NCBI GenBank assembly: GCA_964446605.1
Contig: CAYUPN010000004.1
Span: 8,122-72,121 of the forward strand
Length of the DNA stretch: 64,000 nt
Direction of reading: 5' to 3'
Source: an uncultured Bifidobacteriaceae bacterium
GTDB lineage: Bacteria; Acidobacteriota; Vicinamibacteria; Vicinamibacterales; JAENWD01
Position 1 is the stretch's first letter. Every line of letters begins with the position of its first letter. Under the pieces are notes generated by a model, which worked only from the letters and a program-made list of their open reading frames with translations, was not told the origin of the DNA and searched no databases. Below are positions 27,522-37,847 of the stretch, in pieces. A program made the position numbers and the translations under genes.

Positions 27522-27961
27522 GCGGTCCCCTGCCCCGCGCGCCGGAACCGGATGCCGCTGACGATGGCGGTCCCGCCTTCGCGAACCGGGTCGGGTGCAT
27601 CTTCGAGCACGGACGCAATCCGCAGGTCCGCCACGCAGAACGTCGCGCGGGACGGATCCGGCCGCGGCGGCGCGTCCGCGCGCGCCTTCACGTAATGGAC
27701 GCCGTGCTCGTCGACGAAGAGCAGGGTGATCAGCCCGTTGTCCGCCAGGTGCTTCGCCGTCCTCGTTCCGGCGTACAGGACGACGCGCAGCCGGTCGGGT
27801 GCCGGTGCGGCGACGTCGTCTCCGGTCACCATCGCGGGATGCGGGAAGCCGTCGGGGTCGATCGTGCAGATCGGCACCGCGGTATTCCCGAACGCCGGCG
27901 CGGCGCCGGCGAGCCGATCGCGCAGGGCGGGAGGAAGCGTGGAACCGAGCTGGGTGGACAT
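27518..27961 (-). CDS. small PNPOx-like FMN-binding split-barrel protein (tentative)
   Basis: AAGGAG Shine-Dalgarno before ATG 27961. The stop overlaps the ubiX start (ATGA). The family call is from general sequence character only. Confidence 0.5.
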   Translation of the reverse strand: MSTQLGSTLPPALRDRLAGAAPAFGNTAVPICTIDPDGFPHPAMVTGDDVAAPAPDRLRVVLYAGTRTAKHLADNGLITLLFVDEHGVHYVKARADAPPRPDPSRATFCVADLRIASVLEDAPDPVREGGTAIVSGIRFRRAGQGTA

Positions 27962-28031
27962 CGGGGACCGCCGCTCCTTGAGTGTGGCCCGGCGCCGCGC
28001 GGCAGTCAAACGCGCGGACGGGCCGGCCTCC

Positions 28032-28037
28032 TATAAT
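28032..28037 (+). promoter_or_regulatory. TATAAT -10 box 6 nt upstream of ATG 28044 (leaderless-type)
   Basis: Perfect hexamer with no Shine-Dalgarno. Confidence 0.4.
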
Positions 28038-28043
28038 GTCCCG

Positions 28044-29204
28044 ATGCTGCTGGGCTCCGAACGCCTGATCGCCTCGAAGCGCCTTCACGGCCTGCGCGTG
28101 GGCGTGCTTGCCAATCCCGCGTCGATCGACCACCAGTTCCGGCACATCACGGAGCGCCTGAGCGCCTCGACGGAGTACACGCTCGCGGCGATCTTCGGGC
28201 CGCAGCACGGGTACAACTCGGACGCGCAGGACAACATGATCGAGACGGCGCACGGGCGCGACCCGCGGCGCAACGTCCCGATCTTCTCGCTCTACAGCGA
28301 GACGCGTGAGCCGACGGACGCGATGCTCGACCTGATCGACACGCTCGTGATCGACCTCCAGGACGTGGGCGCGCGCATCTACACGTTCGTGTACACCATG
28401 GCGAACTGCCTGCGCGCCGCCGCCAGACGGGGCCTGCCGGTCATCGTCTGCGACCGCCCCAACCCCATCGGCGGTCTCCGGGTGGAAGGCCCGACGCTCG
28501 AACCGGGCTACGAGTCCTTCGTCGGACAGTTCCGGATGCCGATGCGGCACGGGATGACCATCGGCGAGCTGGCCCGGCTCTTCAACGAGCACTTCGCCAT
28601 CGGCGCGCCGCTCGAGGTCGTGCCGATGGAGGGATGGTCGCGCGGCTCGTACTGGGACGCCACCGACGTGCCGTGGGTGATGCCCTCTCCCAACATGCCG
28701 ACGCTCGACAGCGCGATTGTCTATCCCGGCACGGTGCTGATCGAGGGGACGATGCTGTCGGAGGGGCGGGGCACGACGCGGCCGTTCGAGCTGATCGGCG
28801 CGCCGTGGCTGGATGGCGAGCTGGTCGCGCAGCGCATGAACCGGGCAGGGCTGCCGGGCGTGCACTTCCGCGGCGTGACCTTCGAGCCGACCTTCCAGAA
28901 GCACGCCCGCCGGCCGTGCGGTGGCTGCCAGATTCACGTCACCGATCGCGACCGGTTCGAGCCGGTGCGGACGGGCGTCTCGATCATCCGGGAGTTCTAC
29001 GGCGCCAGCCCCGACCTGTTCCAGTGGCGCGAGCCCCCCTACGAGTACGAGCACGAGAAGATGCCGATCGACATCCTCGCGGGCTCGCCCGAGCTCCGGC
29101 AGCAGATCGAGGCGCAGGTCCCGATTGACGAGATCGCCGCGAGCTGGGAGCCGGGGGTGACGGAGTTCCTCGACGTCCGGCGTCCCTTCCTGCTGTACGA
29201 CTGA
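28044..29204 (+). CDS. DUF1343-family protein (NamZ-like exo-N-acetylmuramidase family)
   Basis: 386 aa with LRVGVLANPASID, AIFGPQHG and VIDLQDVGARIYTF. Confidence 0.78.
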   Translation: MLLGSERLIASKRLHGLRVGVLANPASIDHQFRHITERLSASTEYTLAAIFGPQHGYNSDAQDNMIETAHGRDPRRNVPIFSLYSETREPTDAMLDLIDTLVIDLQDVGARIYTFVYTMANCLRAAARRGLPVIVCDRPNPIGGLRVEGPTLEPGYESFVGQFRMPMRHGMTIGELARLFNEHFAIGAPLEVVPMEGWSRGSYWDATDVPWVMPSPNMPTLDSAIVYPGTVLIEGTMLSEGRGTTRPFELIGAPWLDGELVAQRMNRAGLPGVHFRGVTFEPTFQKHARRPCGGCQIHVTDRDRFEPVRTGVSIIREFYGASPDLFQWREPPYEYEHEKMPIDILAGSPELRQQIEAQVPIDEIAASWEPGVTEFLDVRRPFLLYD

Positions 29205-29213
29205 GCCCGTGAA

Positions 29214-29239
29214 GGAGCCGGCCCGAAGGCCGGCCCTCC
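29214..29239. terminator. hairpin between convergent genes (GGAGCCGGCC-CGAA-GGCCGGCCCTCC)
   Basis: 7 perfect bp plus 3 more after a 2-nt bulge, with a 4-nt loop. Confidence 0.5.
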
Positions 29240-29258
29240 CGTACTGCGCCCGGCGGAA

Positions 29259-29729
29259 TCAGCCCTCGAGGCCTCGGGCGCGCCGGATCTGTCCGGCATG
29301 TCCGTGTGCGTGCGCCGCGTAGATCTCGAGCCAGGTGAGCACGCCGTAGGTTCCGGACTCCGAATGCGTGCCTTCGCGCGCCCACTCCGCCTCGGTCAGC
29401 CGGTCCAGAATCTCGCCGGTCGTCTCGCGCGCGGCGCGGAAGGCCGCGAGCGACGCCTCGATGGGGCGGTCGTAGTACAGCCGCCGCGCGAACTCCTCCT
29501 GGTCGTATCCGACGATGAGCGGCCGGTCCTCGGCCAGCAGCCGCCGCAGCCGGATCGCCGAGGTCATCTCGCTGTCGGCGAGATGATGGACGATCTGGCG
29601 CGCGGTCCATTTCCCCGGCGCGGGCACCCGGTCGAGCTCCGCGTCGGTCGCGCCGGCGAGCGCATCGACGACCGCCTGGTAGCCGGCCTTGTATCTCGCC
29701 ACGAGGGCCTCACGGGTCGCACGGTCCAC
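29259..29729 (-). CDS. DinB-family metal-dependent protein
   Basis: His triad pattern (IVHHLADSE ... AAHAHGHAGQI). Confidence 0.75.
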   Translation of the reverse strand: MDRATREALVARYKAGYQAVVDALAGATDAELDRVPAPGKWTARQIVHHLADSEMTSAIRLRRLLAEDRPLIVGYDQEEFARRLYYDRPIEASLAAFRAARETTGEILDRLTEAEWAREGTHSESGTYGVLTWLEIYAAHAHGHAGQIRRARGLEG

Positions 29730-29739
29730 GGACAGCCTC

Positions 29740-30585
<846 letters not shown>

Positions 30586-30625
30586 ACGACGGCACTCTAT
30601 CAGAACCGCGGCCGGCGGCCGGCGC

Positions 30626-32044
30626 TCAGTCGATCCGGGAGAGCTTGATGAAATTGGCGCCGGCGCGGCGCAGATCTTCCTGGACGTTGACGAACACGAC
30701 CTCGTCGCCGGCGTCGAGCAGCCCGCGGGCGCGCAGCTCGCCGGCAACCGTTGCCCTGGTCTCGTCGACGCTCGTCCCGAGCGGCGCGAGGACCGGCACC
30801 ACGCCCCGGAAGAGCAGCAGCCGACGGGCGATCTCCGGCTGCTCCGTCGCGGCCAGGATGGGGGCATGAGGCCGCAGCGCGGACAGCATGCGCGCGGTGT
30901 TCCCCTCGCGGGTCACCGCGACGATCGCCTCCGCACGCACTTCCTCCGCCAGCGCGACGGCCGCCTCGCACATCGCCTGTCCGTGCTCGGCGTGCATCAG
31001 GCGGTTTCGCATCGGAGAGACATGGTCCACCGGATGCGTCTCGGCCTCGCGGATGACGACATCGAGCGTCTCGACGGCGCGCACGGGAAACGCGCCCGCT
31101 GCGGTCTCCCCGGTCAGCATGATGGCGTCGACGCCGTCCTCGACGGCATTGGCGGCATCGCTGACCTCCGCGCGCGTCGGGCGCGGCTCCTGTCGCATCG
31201 ACTCGAGCACCTGCGTCGCGACGATGACCGGGCGGCCGAGGGCGCGGGCACGCCGCGTGACCTCCTTCTGCACGGCGGGCACGCGCTCGAGCGGCATCTC
31301 GAGGCCGAGATCGCCGCGCGCGACCATCACCGCGTCGGCCGCGTCGAGGATCTCGTCGAGATGCTCGATCGCTTCCGGCCGCTCCAGCTTCGCGATGATC
31401 GGCACGGAGGCACGGCTCCGCCGGCGGAGCGCGTCGCGCGCCGCGGCGATGTCCGAGGCCCTCGTCACGAACGAGAGCGCGATGAAGTCGACGCCGAGCT
31501 CGAGCCCGAACGCGAGATGCTCCTCGTCGCGCGCCGACAGCCCCGCCGCGGGCAGCGCGACGCCCGGCGCGTTGATCCCCTTGTGCTCGCCCAGCTGCGA
31601 TCCATGCACGACGGTCGTCGTGATGCGCTCGCCGTCGGTGGATTCGACCCGCAGCACGATGCGGCCGTCGTCCAGCAGGAGGTGCTGCCCGGCGCGGACG
31701 CTCTGCGCCAGCGGGGCGTACGGCGTGAAGACCAGGCCCGGACGTCCCATCGCGTCGCCCGTGGCCACGACGAGGGTCTCCCCGGCCGCGAGCGGAATCG
31801 GGTGTCCACCCTCCAGCCGTCCGGTGCGGATCTTGGGGCCCGGCAGGTCCTGGAGGACGGCGACGATGCGGTTCGCGCGCGCGGCCGCCTCGCGCAGCCG
31901 TTCGAGCGCGGCGCGGTGCGAGGCGTGCGAGCCGTGGGAGAAATTGAGCCTGAAGACGTCGACGCCCGCCGCCAGCAGCCGGTCGAGCTGTTCGGGGGTG
32001 TCGCTCGCCGGCCCGAGCGTGGCGATGATCCGCGTGTGACGCAT
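30626..32044 (-). CDS. pyk: pyruvate kinase
   Basis: 472 aa with MRHTRIIATLGPAS, MVARGDLG and C-terminal regulatory domain. Confidence 0.92.
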   Translation of the reverse strand: MRHTRIIATLGPASDTPEQLDRLLAAGVDVFRLNFSHGSHASHRAALERLREAAARANRIVAVLQDLPGPKIRTGRLEGGHPIPLAAGETLVVATGDAMGRPGLVFTPYAPLAQSVRAGQHLLLDDGRIVLRVESTDGERITTTVVHGSQLGEHKGINAPGVALPAAGLSARDEEHLAFGLELGVDFIALSFVTRASDIAAARDALRRRSRASVPIIAKLERPEAIEHLDEILDAADAVMVARGDLGLEMPLERVPAVQKEVTRRARALGRPVIVATQVLESMRQEPRPTRAEVSDAANAVEDGVDAIMLTGETAAGAFPVRAVETLDVVIREAETHPVDHVSPMRNRLMHAEHGQAMCEAAVALAEEVRAEAIVAVTREGNTARMLSALRPHAPILAATEQPEIARRLLLFRGVVPVLAPLGTSVDETRATVAGELRARGLLDAGDEVVFVNVQEDLRRAGANFIKLSRID

Positions 32045-32076
32045 GACCGGGGGCCAGCTTACAATCGGACTCCGCC

Positions 32077-32727
32077 ATGAGCCAAATCGTCGCCCCCGCC
32101 GTTCTCGATTATCTGGCCCAGCACCACGCGCCGATCGATCCGGTGCTCGACGTCATCCGCGAGGAAGGGCTCGCCGCAGGCCTGCCGCTCGTCGACGTGA
32201 TGACCGCGCGGCTGCTGCGCCTGCTCGCGGCGGCCACCGGCGCGCGCCGGGTGCTCGAGATCGGCACCGCCATCGGCTACTCGGCCGCGTGCATGGCGCA
32301 GGTGATGCCCGATGACTCGGCGTTGTTCACGATGGAGATCGATCCCGCGCGTGCGGAGACGGCGCGCCGGAATCTCGCGCGCGCCGGCGTCGGCCACCGC
32401 GTCCACGTGATCGTCGGCGATGCGGAGCGGTTCCTGCACAAGGTGGCCGGACCGTTCGATCTCGTGTTCCAGGACGGCGCGAAGCAGCAGTACGAACCGC
32501 TGCTGGACCGGATCGTCGAGCGGATGCGTCCGGGCGGCGTGCTGGTGACGGACAACGTGCTCTGGCACGGTGAAGCGGTGCCCGGCTTCGTCGCCGAGCC
32601 GCAAATGCCCGCGGCGGACACCGAGGCCATCCGGCAATACAACAGGCGCATTGCAGCGCACCCGGCGCTCTTCACGACCCTGCTGCCGGTGGGCGACGGC
32701 GTGGCGCTGTCGCTGAAGCGCGCGTGA
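32077..32727 (+). CDS. class I SAM-dependent O-methyltransferase (caffeoyl-CoA OMT-like)
   Basis: VLEIGTAIGYSA motif I. TACAAT lies 11 nt upstream of the ATG. Confidence 0.8.
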   Translation: MSQIVAPAVLDYLAQHHAPIDPVLDVIREEGLAAGLPLVDVMTARLLRLLAAATGARRVLEIGTAIGYSAACMAQVMPDDSALFTMEIDPARAETARRNLARAGVGHRVHVIVGDAERFLHKVAGPFDLVFQDGAKQQYEPLLDRIVERMRPGGVLVTDNVLWHGEAVPGFVAEPQMPAADTEAIRQYNRRIAAHPALFTTLLPVGDGVALSLKRA

Positions 32728-32737
32728 TGCCCGATCG

Positions 32738-32947
32738 ATGGGAACAGGTGAGCTGATGGACGATGCCGTCGTGACGGCCTGGGAGGACTGGGCGCGCGCG
32801 CAGCTCGCCGCGCGCGGACGCGGCGACGCGGTGCCCGTCATGGAGGGGTTCGCCCGCGCGGCCCGGACGCTGCGCGAGGCGGACTGGAACGCGCGGGCGG
32901 ATGGTGGCGATGCGTCCCGCGACCGTGAGCCCGAGCGCCGTGACTGA
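32738..32947 (+). CDS. small acidic/helical ORF upstream of and overlapping the amidase gene
   Basis: High-GC3 codon usage from ATG 32756 onward. Its stop overlaps a candidate amidase GTG start (GTGACTGA). No family recognised. Confidence 0.45.
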   Translation: MGTGELMDDAVVTAWEDWARAQLAARGRGDAVPVMEGFARAARTLREADWNARADGGDASRDREPERRD

Positions 32948-34313
32948 GCCGCTGCATGCCCTCACGGCGATCGAGGCGGGCCGGCGCCTGCGCGCCGGGG
33001 CGCTGACGTCCGACGCGCTCACCCGCGCCTGTCTGGACCGCATCCAGGCGCTCGACGGCGTCCATCGCGCGTTCATCACCGTCACGGCCGACGAGGCGCT
33101 GCGGGACGCACGCGAGGCCGATCGCGAGCTGGCCGCCGGCCGCGATCGCGGTCCGCTGCACGGAATCCCCGTGTCGCTCAAGGACCTCATCGATCAGGCC
33201 GGCGCCCCGACGACGGCCGGTTCGCACGTGCGTCCGATGACACCTGCAGAACACGACGCGGTGGTCACGGCGCGGCTGCGCGCCGCGGGCGCCGTGCTGA
33301 TCGGCAAGACCAACCTCCACGAGTTCGCGTTCGGCACGACCAGCGAGGACACGGCTTTCGGCGCGGTACGTCATCCGCTCGACCCGGAGCGCAGCGCGGG
33401 AGGGTCCAGCGGCGGCTCGGCCGCCGCGGTCGCGCTCGGCATGTCTCCGATTTCAATCGGCACGGACACTGGCGGCTCGGTGCGCATTCCCGCGTCGATC
33501 TGCGGTCTCGTCGGCCTCAAGGCCGCCTACGGCGAGATTCCGTGCGACGGCGTCGTTCCGCTGAGCGAGACGCTGGATCACGTCGGGCCGCTCGCGCGGA
33601 CCGTCGCGGACGCCGCCGCCGCGTACTGCATCCTGTCGCGCCGGACCGCGCGGCCACCCGTCGCGCCTCCCCCCGGCAGCCTCCGGCTCGGACGGCTGCC
33701 CGAGTACTTCGAGGAGGTGCTCTCGTCCGGCGTGCGGGCTGCCTACACACGCGCACTCGACACGCTGGCGCAGGCCGGTGTGCGGATCGAACAGGTGGCG
33801 CTCCCGCACGCGGCCGAGATCCCCGCCATCTATCTGCACCTGATGGCGCCGGAGGCCGCGGCCTATCACGCCCGCACGCTCGAGTCCTGCCCCGAGCGCT
33901 ACACGCCGGCCGTGCGCGCGCGGCTGGAGGTCTGCCGGTACATGCTCGCCGAGGACCACGTCCGCGCGCGGCAGGGGCAGCGGATGCTCCGCGCCGGCGT
34001 GGACGCGGCGCTGGCGTCGCTCGACGCGCTCATCCTGCCGGGCCAGCCGATCGAGGCCTTCCCGCTCGGCAGCGACGTCGTCGACGTCGACGGAACCCGG
34101 GACGCGGTCCGGAGCCTCACGCTGCGGCTGACCCAGCCCTTCAACATCACGGGGCACCCGGCCATCGTCCTGCCGGCCGGCGATTCGGAGGGGCTGCCGG
34201 TCTCGCTGCAACTGGTCGGACATCATGGCGCCACACCGCTGCTGCTGGACGTCGCGGCGGCGGTGGAAGCGATCGTGGCCGGGATGAACCGCGACGAGGG
34301 TCCCGGGGACTGA
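32901..34313 (+). CDS. amidase-signature (AS) family amidase
   Basis: GGSSGGSAAAV signature and upstream SLKDLID Lys. Start is ATG 32901 or GTG 32940. Confidence 0.88.
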   Translation: MVAMRPATVSPSAVTEPLHALTAIEAGRRLRAGALTSDALTRACLDRIQALDGVHRAFITVTADEALRDAREADRELAAGRDRGPLHGIPVSLKDLIDQAGAPTTAGSHVRPMTPAEHDAVVTARLRAAGAVLIGKTNLHEFAFGTTSEDTAFGAVRHPLDPERSAGGSSGGSAAAVALGMSPISIGTDTGGSVRIPASICGLVGLKAAYGEIPCDGVVPLSETLDHVGPLARTVADAAAAYCILSRRTARPPVAPPPGSLRLGRLPEYFEEVLSSGVRAAYTRALDTLAQAGVRIEQVALPHAAEIPAIYLHLMAPEAAAYHARTLESCPERYTPAVRARLEVCRYMLAEDHVRARQGQRMLRAGVDAALASLDALILPGQPIEAFPLGSDVVDVDGTRDAVRSLTLRLTQPFNITGHPAIVLPAGDSEGLPVSLQLVGHHGATPLLLDVAAAVEAIVAGMNRDEGPGD

Positions 34314-34357
34314 CTGGCAGCTCGACCGAACCGGTACAATTGGAAGAATCGATTGCC

Positions 34358-36496
34358 ATGCGCACGACCGTCTTCGCCCTCGTTGCCGCCATGACCATCA
34401 CTGCCGCCGCGTCCGGTTCGCTCGAATACCCCAGGACACGCAAGGGGGACGTCGCCGACGAACTGCACGGCCGGCGCATCGCCGATCCCTACCGCTGGCT
34501 CGAAGATCCGAACAGCCCCGAGACCCGGGCGTGGATCGGGACGCAGAACGAGCTCACCTTCGGCTACCTGGAGGGGATCGCGGCGCGGGATCGCCTGAAG
34601 GAGCGGCTCACCGCGCTCTGGAACTACGAGCGCGTCGGCGCGCCCTCGCGACACGGTCCCTGGTACATCTACGCGCGCAACGACGGTCTGCAGAACCAGT
34701 CGGTGATCTACCGGACCCGATCGCTGGATGCCGAACCCGAGGTACTGATCGATCCGAACGCGCTCTCGGATGACGGCACCGTCGCGCTCGGCAGCCTGGC
34801 CTTCAGCGATGACGGCAAGTACGTCGCGTACTCCGTCGCGACGGCCGGATCCGACTGGCTCGAGTGGCGCGTCCGGGAGGTGGCCACCGGGCGCGATCTG
34901 CCGGACGTCGTGAAGTGGTCGAAGTTCAGCGGGGCCGCGTGGCTCCACGACGGATCGGGCTTCTTCTACAGCCGGTACGACGCGCCGAAGGAGCACGAGG
35001 TCTACACGGGCGTCAACAAGTTCCAGAAGGTCTACTTCCACCGGCTCGGCCGCACCCAGAGCGACGACGTGCTCCTGTTCGAGCGGCCCGACCAGCCGGA
35101 TTGGGGCTTCAACGCCGACGTGACCGAGGACGGCCGGTTCCTGCTGATCTCCCAGTGGGAGGGCACCAGACCCGAGAACCGGATTTTCGTCCGCGATCTG
35201 TCGAAGCCGGACAGCGCGATCGAGCCATTCCTGGATCGCTTCGATGCGGACTACACCGTCGTCGGCAACGACGACGAGCGGTTCTACGTCCTGACGGACA
35301 AGGACGCGCCGCGCCGCCGGCTGGTCGCCATCGACCGGACGCGGCCCGAGCCCGCGCAGTGGACGACGCTGATCCCCGAAGGGTCCGGCCGCGACGTGCT
35401 GGGGTCGGTGCACATGGTGGGCAACCGGTTCGTCGCGACGTGGATGAATGACGCGCACGAAGTGCTCACCATCCATGCGCTCGACGGCCGCCGCACCGGG
35501 GAGATTCTGCTTCCCGCGCTGGGAGCTGTCTCCGGCCTGACCGGCAAGCGCCACCAGAGCGAGACGTTCTACGTCTTCTCGTCGTTCGCGTATCCGGGCG
35601 TCGTCTACCGGTATGACTTCGACAGCGGACGCGCGTCGGTGTTCCGGCAACCGGAGGTCGACTTCTCGCCGGACGCGTTCGAGACCGTCCAGGTCTTCTA
35701 TCCCTCGAAGGACGGAACGTCGATCCCGATGTTCCTGACGTACAAGAAGGGGCTGACGCGGAACGGGCAGAACCCGACGCTGCTCTATGGGTACGGCGGC
35801 TTCAACATCGCGCTGACGCCTGCGTTCTCGCCCGCCAACATCGCGTGGATGGAGATGGGCGGGATCTACGCGCAGGCTTCGCTCCGCGGCGGCGGCGAGT
35901 ACGGCCGCGAGTGGTACGATGCGGGGCGGCTGAAGCACAAGCAGAACGTCTTCGACGACTTCATCGCGGCCGCCGAGTACCTGATCCGCGAGCGGTACAC
36001 GTCGACGCCGAAGCTCGCCATCTCCGGAGGCAGCAACGGCGGGCTGCTGGTCGCCGCCGCCATGACGCAGCGCCCCGACCTGTTCGGCGCGGTTCTGCCG
36101 GCCGTGGGCGTGCTCGACATGTTGCGGTTCCACAAGTTCACGATCGGGTGGGCCTGGACGTCCGACTACGGCGACCCCGAAGTGGCCGGAGACTTCGAGA
36201 CGCTGCTGGCGTACTCGCCGCTGCACCGGCTGGCGCCGGGCACGCGGTATCCGGCGACGCTCATCACCACGTCGGATCACGACGACCGGGTGGCTCCGGC
36301 GCACAGCTTCAAGTTCGCCGCGGCGCTGCAGGCGGCGCAGGCCGGCGACGTGCCGACGCTCATCCGGATCGAGACGCGGGCCGGCCACGGCGCCGGCAAG
36401 CCCACGTCGAAGATCATCCAGGAGAAGGCCGACGTCTTCGCCTTCCTGGTGAAGAACCTCGGCATCGAGCTGCCCGCGCCGGGCGCCACGCAGTAG
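34358..36496 (+). CDS. prolyl oligopeptidase (S9A), exported
   Basis: Signal peptide. [10 protein letters not shown]-terminal motif. GGSNGGLL nucleophile. DDRV...GHG. Confidence 0.9.
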   Translation: MRTTVFALVAAMTITAAASGSLEYPRTRKGDVADELHGRRIADPYRWLEDPNSPETRAWIGTQNELTFGYLEGIAARDRLKERLTALWNYERVGAPSRHGPWYIYARNDGLQNQSVIYRTRSLDAEPEVLIDPNALSDDGTVALGSLAFSDDGKYVAYSVATAGSDWLEWRVREVATGRDLPDVVKWSKFSGAAWLHDGSGFFYSRYDAPKEHEVYTGVNKFQKVYFHRLGRTQSDDVLLFERPDQPDWGFNADVTEDGRFLLISQWEGTRPENRIFVRDLSKPDSAIEPFLDRFDADYTVVGNDDERFYVLTDKDAPRRRLVAIDRTRPEPAQWTTLIPEGSGRDVLGSVHMVGNRFVATWMNDAHEVLTIHALDGRRTGEILLPALGAVSGLTGKRHQSETFYVFSSFAYPGVVYRYDFDSGRASVFRQPEVDFSPDAFETVQVFYPSKDGTSIPMFLTYKKGLTRNGQNPTLLYGYGGFNIALTPAFSPANIAWMEMGGIYAQASLRGGGEYGREWYDAGRLKHKQNVFDDFIAAAEYLIRERYTSTPKLAISGGSNGGLLVAAAMTQRPDLFGAVLPAVGVLDMLRFHKFTIGWAWTSDYGDPEVAGDFETLLAYSPLHRLAPGTRYPATLITTSDHDDRVAPAHSFKFAAALQAAQAGDVPTLIRIETRAGHGAGKPTSKIIQEKADVFAFLVKNLGIELPAPGATQ

Positions 36497-36536
36497 GAGC
36501 CGCCGCCGCGCGCAGCTGCCGGATAGCGACCGTCTC

Positions 36537-37577
36537 GTGCTCTCGCTGATCTTTCATCGCTGGGAACGCCGCCTCGCCTCGATCTCCAAGGATCGCGTCG
36601 TGCGTCCCTTCGAGTGGGGACTCGACTGGATCTCCGGCAACGGCCATCCGCCTGCCGGCGATCCGGCCGCCGCGGTCGAGCAGTACGTCCGGCGCATCTG
36701 CGCCGACACGGACGCGTGGTTCACGCCGCCGCCGTGCGGCGAGTTCGAGGAGAGTGCCGGCCCCGGCGACGGCACCTCGATCGTCCGGTTCCCGTCGGCG
36801 CTGACGACGCCGCATCCGTCGAACAACACGGTGGTGACGCGGTACTTCCCGGCATCGCCGCGCACGGGGGCGCCGCGGCGCGCCGTGATCGTGCTGCCGC
36901 AGTGGAACTCGGACGCCGAGGGGCACGTCGGCCTCTGCCGGCTGCTGGCCAGGTTCGGCATGAGCGCCCTGCGCCTGAGCCTTCCCTATCACGACGCGCG
37001 CATGCCGACCGAGCTCACGCGCGCGGACTACATCGTCAGCGCGAACGTCGTCAGGACGCTCGAAGTGTGCCGGCAGGCGGTGCTCGACGCCCGCCGCGCG
37101 ATCGACTGGCTGTGGAGCCGGGGGTACGAGCGGATCGGCATTCTCGGCACCAGTCTCGGGTCGTGCCTGTCGATGCTGACCGCGTGCCACGAGCCGCGCA
37201 TCCGGGCACAGGCGCTCAATCACATCTCACCGTTCTTCGCGGACGTGGTGTGGCGGGGACTGTCGACGCGGCACGTCCGCGAGGGGCTCGAGGGGCACAT
37301 CGATCTGGATCGGCTGCGGGCGCTCTGGATGCCCATCAGCCCGCAGTTCCACCTCGATCGGCTGCGCACGCGCGAGGTCAGGACCCTGCTGGTGTACGCG
37401 CGCTACGACCTCACCTTCCCGCTGGACTTGTCACGGAACCTGGTGCGGCAGTTCCGGCACCGCGGGATCCCGCATCGCCTGGCCGTGCTGCCGTGCGGCC
37501 ACTACAGCACGGGCGCCGCGCCGTTCAAGTACATGGACGGCGCCATACTGACGAGGTTCCTGCACCGGCACGTCTAG
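36537..37577 (+). CDS. alpha/beta-hydrolase fold protein
   Basis: GTSLGS nucleophile elbow and late D/H candidates. Confidence 0.65.
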   Translation: MLSLIFHRWERRLASISKDRVVRPFEWGLDWISGNGHPPAGDPAAAVEQYVRRICADTDAWFTPPPCGEFEESAGPGDGTSIVRFPSALTTPHPSNNTVVTRYFPASPRTGAPRRAVIVLPQWNSDAEGHVGLCRLLARFGMSALRLSLPYHDARMPTELTRADYIVSANVVRTLEVCRQAVLDARRAIDWLWSRGYERIGILGTSLGSCLSMLTACHEPRIRAQALNHISPFFADVVWRGLSTRHVREGLEGHIDLDRLRALWMPISPQFHLDRLRTREVRTLLVYARYDLTFPLDLSRNLVRQFRHRGIPHRLAVLPCGHYSTGAAPFKYMDGAILTRFLHRHV

Positions 37578-37584
37578 GAGCAGG

Positions 37585-37788
37585 TCAGAGATACTTCAGC
37601 AGGTCCTTGAGGGCCTCGAACAGCACGCCGGCAAGCTGCACGACGACGGGGGTGACCTCGCCCTGGTTCACGGTCTCGGCGACGGTGACCGGGTCGGTCA
37701 GCAGCAGCCATATCGTGGCACCGGCGAACAGCGCAGCCAGGACGGCGATGGTGCCGAACAGGCTCACGCTCCACTGGGCGAGGCGCAT
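37585..37788 (-). CDS. small membrane protein (67 aa), hypothetical
   Basis: One clear TM helix (FGTIAVLAALFAGATIWLLL). Coding-like GC3. Confidence 0.5.
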   Translation of the reverse strand: MRLAQWSVSLFGTIAVLAALFAGATIWLLLTDPVTVAETVNQGEVTPVVVQLAGVLFEALKDLLKYL

Positions 37789-37847
37789 CGGGTTAGCCTA
37801 CCACCAGGTCTAAGACTCCGAATTACGCATCCCGGCCGGTCCGGGTT

